NCBI GenBank assembly: GCA_043228905.1
Contig: JBHGNT010000017.1
Location: forward strand, 8,308,001-8,372,000
Origin: Azolla caroliniana
Taxonomy: Eukaryota; Plantae; Polypodiophyta
Length of the DNA stretch: 64,000 bases
Direction: 5' to 3'
The position numbers were made by a program, and so were the translations under genes. How positions within the stretch are numbered: the stretch's first letter is position 1; each line of letters begins with the position of its first letter. The notes under the pieces were generated by a model. The model did not search any database. It saw only the letters and a list, made by a program, of their open reading frames with translations, and was not told the origin of the DNA. Positions 59,025-64,000 of the stretch are shown here, piece after piece.

Positions 59025-62000
59025 TGTCGCGTTGTTACGCGCGTGCGTGGAGAATGAGGCAGGACCACCGAGGCCTTGGACCAAGAAATAGTTGAGAAGG
59101 AGGAGAACGGAAACGCAACAGACGCACTTGCACACGCACTGACACGAGAGCACACAAGAATAACAGTCCAACAACATAGCAAACGAGACGACTCGAAGTC
59201 CGAGTATATAATCACGTAAGTATATAAATGTATGTATATATCAATACGGTTACAACTAACAGGCCGGCAAGGCGGACACCGACGCCTGCTCACACACCCA
59301 CACAGAAGAGCGAGATGGAGTCTCTGCCGGAAGCACACAGCCTCCCGAAAACCTGCGCAAAAATGGCTATGGAGAGTGTTAGAGAAGAAGGGCTCGGTCC
59401 CAGTCCGGCAACACCTCGTCCACTCTAACGCGCGATTCCTTTCTCATTCCTCTCCCTCTCTTTTATAGCCCAAGGAGGGAGGCCGTTATCACCCGTTACA
59501 TCATATTACTTCTCAGTCCTTTCGGACAGAGATACAATTTGATTCTCTCCCTATTGAATGCGTGCTACCTAGGATTTCACCTCAACCGACTTGTACCTAC
59601 CTACTTACTATACAACGAAAAGTGTGCTCGTGTGCAATGGGCGGTTTACACATGCTAAACTTGGTTTCCGCCTAGGGACGGTTTTCTTCATGACATCCGC
59701 CCCCACCTAACCGCGCATCCACCGGTATGTGCCAAAATTGGTCTCCTGCTAGAGAAAACCAGTCCATGCTTTACTACTCATCTTTTGGTTCGACATCCGC
59801 CTCGAACCGCCCTTCATCGCCGTCCAAGCTTCCCAGATCCGGCTCGTACTGGTGTCATTTCTTAAATGCTTTGACCCTCTTCCCCGCTACCAGTATTGCC
59901 ATCCTCGTACTGTCGAGCTCTGCAAGATGGTAGGTCCCGTTGTTGTTGGTGCTTGTCACCACGTAATGCCCGAACCACCTCCGTGCAAACTTCCGTGTTG
60001 CCCTGTGCTGGTTATCGAGGTTGCTGTCATACACTAGGACCCAGTCGCCTTCCTCAATCTTCTTTGGTCGCAACCGGTGCGCCCGATCGAACCAGATCTT
60101 GTTACGCTCCCTTGCCGCCTGCAGCTTTTCCTTTGCCCGTTTCACGTCCTCCGGCCTCCGCTCGAGTTGCCGAATCCGCGCCGCCATCAACTCCTCCCGG
60201 CTCATCTCGTCCTTCCAATCTACCGCCGCCCACGAAGGAACCGTCTGTTCCATTGGCATGATCGGCTTCTGACCTTACATCAGCTATGCCAGCATGAACC
60301 CTGTCACCGAATTGTGCGTAGTTCGGTCCGCCCATAGTGCGTAAGGAAGGAGCCGCGGACAATTCCCGACCTGCCCTCTGCATGCACGCACCAACGCCTT
60401 TACGATCGTCCCGTGCCCACATTCTACCTTCTCGTTCGCCTCTGGGTTGTACGCCGTAGTGAGGGAGAGTTTGACCCCTAGCCGGTCGAACAGCTCCTCA
60501 GCTTCCCGCGCATCCAGCTCTCCCCAGTCCGCCATGATCCTCCCGACGCACCCGTACCGACACACCACCTCCTCGATCAGGAACCGGCATACTACCGCAG
60601 TTGTCTTGTTATGTAGTGCACGGCCTTCCACCTGGTTCGTTAAGTCTTCCCGCGCAAGCACCAAGTACCGCATCTGTCCTGCTCCCATCAGCATCGTCAC
60701 CAAGTCCACCATCCACTTGAAATGGACCGCAGGCGGGTAAGTCGGGTGTAGCTCGTCCCGATGTCGGACTACAGAGTGCATCTGACAGCTTTCGCAAGTT
60801 GTTACGAACCGATGCACGTCCTTGTACAGCCCCGGCCACCAGTACTTCTCCTTCACCTTCTCGAACGTGGCCCACGTTTCGCGGTGCCCGGCCCAGGGAC
60901 TCTCATGAAATGCCGCCAGTAGTTCCTCTTGTTCTTCTTTCTTCGCCACTACCCGGAGCGGAACACCGTTTCTCTTCTTCGGGTGCTTCCATATGTACCC
61001 GTCCCGAAGGAAGAATCGGTACGCTTTCTTCCGGATCCGGTTGGTCTCTTCCTTTGTCCACGCCGCGTCCGATGTCATTGATTTCAGGAGCCCGCCGATC
61101 CGGAGCCACTCCCTGTTGTACTTGCTCTCGTCGAATTCGTTAAACGCCTGAGTGCTCCCCTTTCTGGTTGCCACATATGCCGCCTCGAAGAAATCTACGC
61201 GGACTTCCTCGTCCTCCGAAACCATGTCGTCCTCATTTCCGAACCTCGCCCTTGAGAGCATGTCGGCCATGGCATTGTCTTTTCCAGAAATGTGTCGTAT
61301 CTCCGGATTCAGGGACTTGATGTACGCTATCCACCTGAGCATTGCTAAGTCCGGCGTCGCACATCCGGAAACCATGCCGAGAATCGGCAGGCAGTCCATC
61401 TCGATTATTACCCCTGTCCCGATCAGGTAGTCTTTATCAGCCTTCACCGCCGAAACGATACCCCAGAGTTCGCATTTAACCTGGGCGTATCCTCGTTGTC
61501 GCTCACTCAGGACCTTCACGCTGAACCAGATGGGGAACCTCGTGCCAACGTCATCCTCTTGGTTGATCACCCATCCGATCCCAGTCGGACTCGTGTCTAC
61601 GGTTACGTAAATCGAAGTGTCTTTGCCGTAGACCGCCTTTCGGAGCGCCGGTGCCGTGGCAAGTGCTTCCTTCATCTTTCAGACTGACTCAACCCATATA
61701 GCGGCTCCGTGATGTGGGCATAATGTGGGATCCAGATATATGGTAGAACGCGCATGCTCCCAAGAATCTCCAAACCTCCGTAACCGAATTGCAGTCATGC
61801 TTCATCGCGGAGATGGCATCCACCTTGGTCGGAGACGGTTTCCGACCATATGGTCCTCATAGGTGCCCGACGACCATGATCTCTAATTGCCTAAAGGCCG
61901 ATTTTTCCCCGGAGAAGGTGAGCCTCGCGCCTTCTAGTCTCTGCAGCACCTTCTCGCAGTCATTGATGTGAGTCGCCACAAAATTCCGACATCCGTCTGG

Positions 62001-63827
62001 TCCGATTGTCTCGTCCCTTTCCTCCACCGGGCATCCCCTGATCGGGATGTCGTCTAAGAATGGCATGGTGATGTCCGGGATACAATCCCTAAGCACTTTG
62101 TTCATCGCGTTCACCATGTGGGCCACCGAGTTCATCACTCCTTGTGGTAGGGTGCACATTCACACTAGGCCGAGAGGAGTCCGCATCGTCGTAATGTCTC
62201 TGCTCTCCACGGCTAGTTGGAACTGACCGTACCCTGAGTACAGATGATCGACAGAGTAAATCGACCTTCCGGCGAAGGCCTCCATGAACTCGTCTATGGT
62301 CGGTCCGATTCCTGCGTTTCGGATGGTCACCTTGTTGACCGGTTGTAGGTCTTGAATGAAGCGCAGCGTGCCGTTCTTCTTTGGCACTGTAAACCACCGA
62401 TTCGAATACGGGGCACTCGACGGTTCGAGGGTGCCCATCTCCACCTTTTGCTTCAGAAGCTCCATCAACTTCGGGATGTGAGCTCTTGGCACCGGAATCG
62501 GTTTGAGATTCCACCGTACATGCGGCACCGTGAAGATCACCATCGGTTCGACGATCGTCGGGTCCACGCACCCGATCTCCTCCGGCGAGAACACAAAGGC
62601 CTTCCCATGCCTTCCGAGAATTCTCCGAAACCTATTCTCCTCCATCGGCAGTAGAAAGCCACCCCCACCGACCTTGAGCTCCCGTAGCGTTATGTCGGTG
62701 AACCAGTGCCCTATGCCAGCCGGATTCCGTAAACTTGGGTCCGACGCAACCCCTTTTCTCCGCTCCTCGCTGCGCTCCGGCAAGGGTGCCACGACCGGCC
62801 TTACCTTCCGGTCCACAGTCTTGTACTTTGTAGTCATGCGGGCCGTCCGATCTGACCCGATCCTTTCCCCGAAGTCCGTGATGACTTCGTACATTCCCAT
62901 CAATCCTACCAGAACGGTCCGGTCTTCTCTAAGGTCTTCACCGAACACCTTTCGCAACTCGCCCAAGATGTCATCAAAAGAGACCGCCTCCACGGCTCCA
63001 CTGATCTCTTCGTCGGGGGAGAGGACTCCGCATCTCCTGAGCCTCTCCTCCGCTCGCTTCCTTTCTCGGCCGTTGACACCGGCCATAGTACAACCTCCAT
63101 TGTCAGAGAACCAAAATTTCCTACCTATGGTAGAGGTCTTCTTCCGTACTATACATTTGTGGGGTTTTTCCAGGGTGTCCGGACTATCGCGGCCCCACGC
63201 CTTGATAGCCCTCTCTAAAAATCCCTTGGGGTTTCGCCACCGAGGGTCTCACGGTTACCCTCATGGTTTGGTCGCACCGTCAAGAACTAGACCGAGTGAC
63301 GCCCGTCCTAGATCTTGACTCTTGCGTAGGCCGAACCGTTGTTCAGCACCTTGGTTTCCATCCGTGCCGCCGTGATGTATGGTTCTCCTAGTATAACCGG
63401 ATGTGAGGACGTCTCCTGCACCAAGAAGTGTTGGTCAATCTTGACATCGCCGATCTTCACTCGTACATTCGGGCAGGCTCCATGTAGTTCTTCCGTGGCC
63501 CGCGTCGTTACCCGTATTTTCCAGCCATGTTTGGTGTTGATCAGCCATTTCCCCTTTTTGTAGAAGTCCATGGACATCAAGTTGATTTCTGAACCGTGGT
63601 CCACCAACACCACCACCGGCTCCTAGACATCCCCGACCTTAATAGGGGTCTCCGTGGTCGCTTTGGCCCAGTGCGGCCTCGAATAGTGGCTCTCCGCCAA
63701 CTCTTCTTCTAACGCCATGTCCTCTATGTGCGTCGTTCGCACTTCCATCGGCTTCTGGGGCTCTGGCTTTGTCGACAACCTCTTCCTCTTTACCAAGTAT
63801 ACGATGGAGTCGTGGAACTCCTTCTTG
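59025..63827 (-). mobile_element. Divergent Ty3/gypsy E (pol-coding relative of D), 3' LTR 59025-59695; continues beyond the window
   Basis: LTR termini, U5 end and PPT (GGTTAGGTGGGGGGCGGA) shared with D; flank CCGG at 59021-59024. Confidence 0.9.
59855..63827 (-). pseudogene. pol: E pol: PR (VLVDHGSEINL), RT (YSNRWFTVPKKNG, LPQGVMNS, FLDD), RNase H, INT (HHCC, DDE, RRWFGHY)
   Basis: ORFs 63308-63616, 62160-63086, 61857-62159, 60284-61675 and 59855-60259. Confidence 0.9.
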
Positions 63828-64000
63828 TGTTGGGAGACAGGTCCCTCTGGATGGGAAGAGAAAAGAACAGTGCTAATGAACAAACTCAGCCGAGGCCGAA
63901 ACTGTATGAGGAGTACACGGCTACGGAGAGCCAGATGATGCAGATCCGGTGAAGACTGGATGAGGAGTACCCGGCTACGGAGAGCCGGATGATGCAAACC
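63828..64000 (+). repeat. Start of a family-B LTR (same subtype as 4382-5227) inserted in E
   Basis: TGTTGGGAGACAGGTCCC followed by the 54-bp U3 unit. Confidence 0.88.

Noticed and set aside
59700-59860. Chromodomain after the E integrase
   Set aside because: Only a short acidic tail precedes the PPT; no chromodomain motif.
1-64000. Host protein-coding genes or a prokaryotic-type system
   Set aside because: Essentially all sequence is accounted for by retroelement parts; the remaining short ORFs are antisense or alternate-frame shadows.

Overview
A eukaryotic transposon nest, most likely from a non-seed land plant (inferred from the element lineages). No host gene, rRNA, intact tRNA or CRISPR array is supportable. 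By matching LTR termini, PBS/PPT and target-site duplications (TSDs) by eye, nearly the whole window resolves into nested retroelements. These are: Ale/Bryco/Lyco-like Ty1/copia (family A, 5 copies); Tork/Tnt1-like Ty1/copia (families B and C, including a solo LTR); an RTE-X-like LINE; a young Athila/Phygy-like Ty3/gypsy with a long extra coiled-coil ORF; and a divergent Ty3/gypsy lineage. That last lineage is the most striking signal. It appears as a pol-coding copy (E), a gag-only derivative (D) and two solo LTRs. All have TGTCR...CRACA-type ends and a shared U5 motif. Their TSDs are 4 bp rather than 5 bp, every target 4-mer is centred on CpG (CCGG, GCGT, GCGT/ACAT, CCGG), and the PBS matches tRNA-Trp. 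The deepest nesting is A2 > C > B2 > LINE > gypsy F. Coordinates are hand-read and may be off by a few bases. Lineage names come from motif recognition, not database searches.
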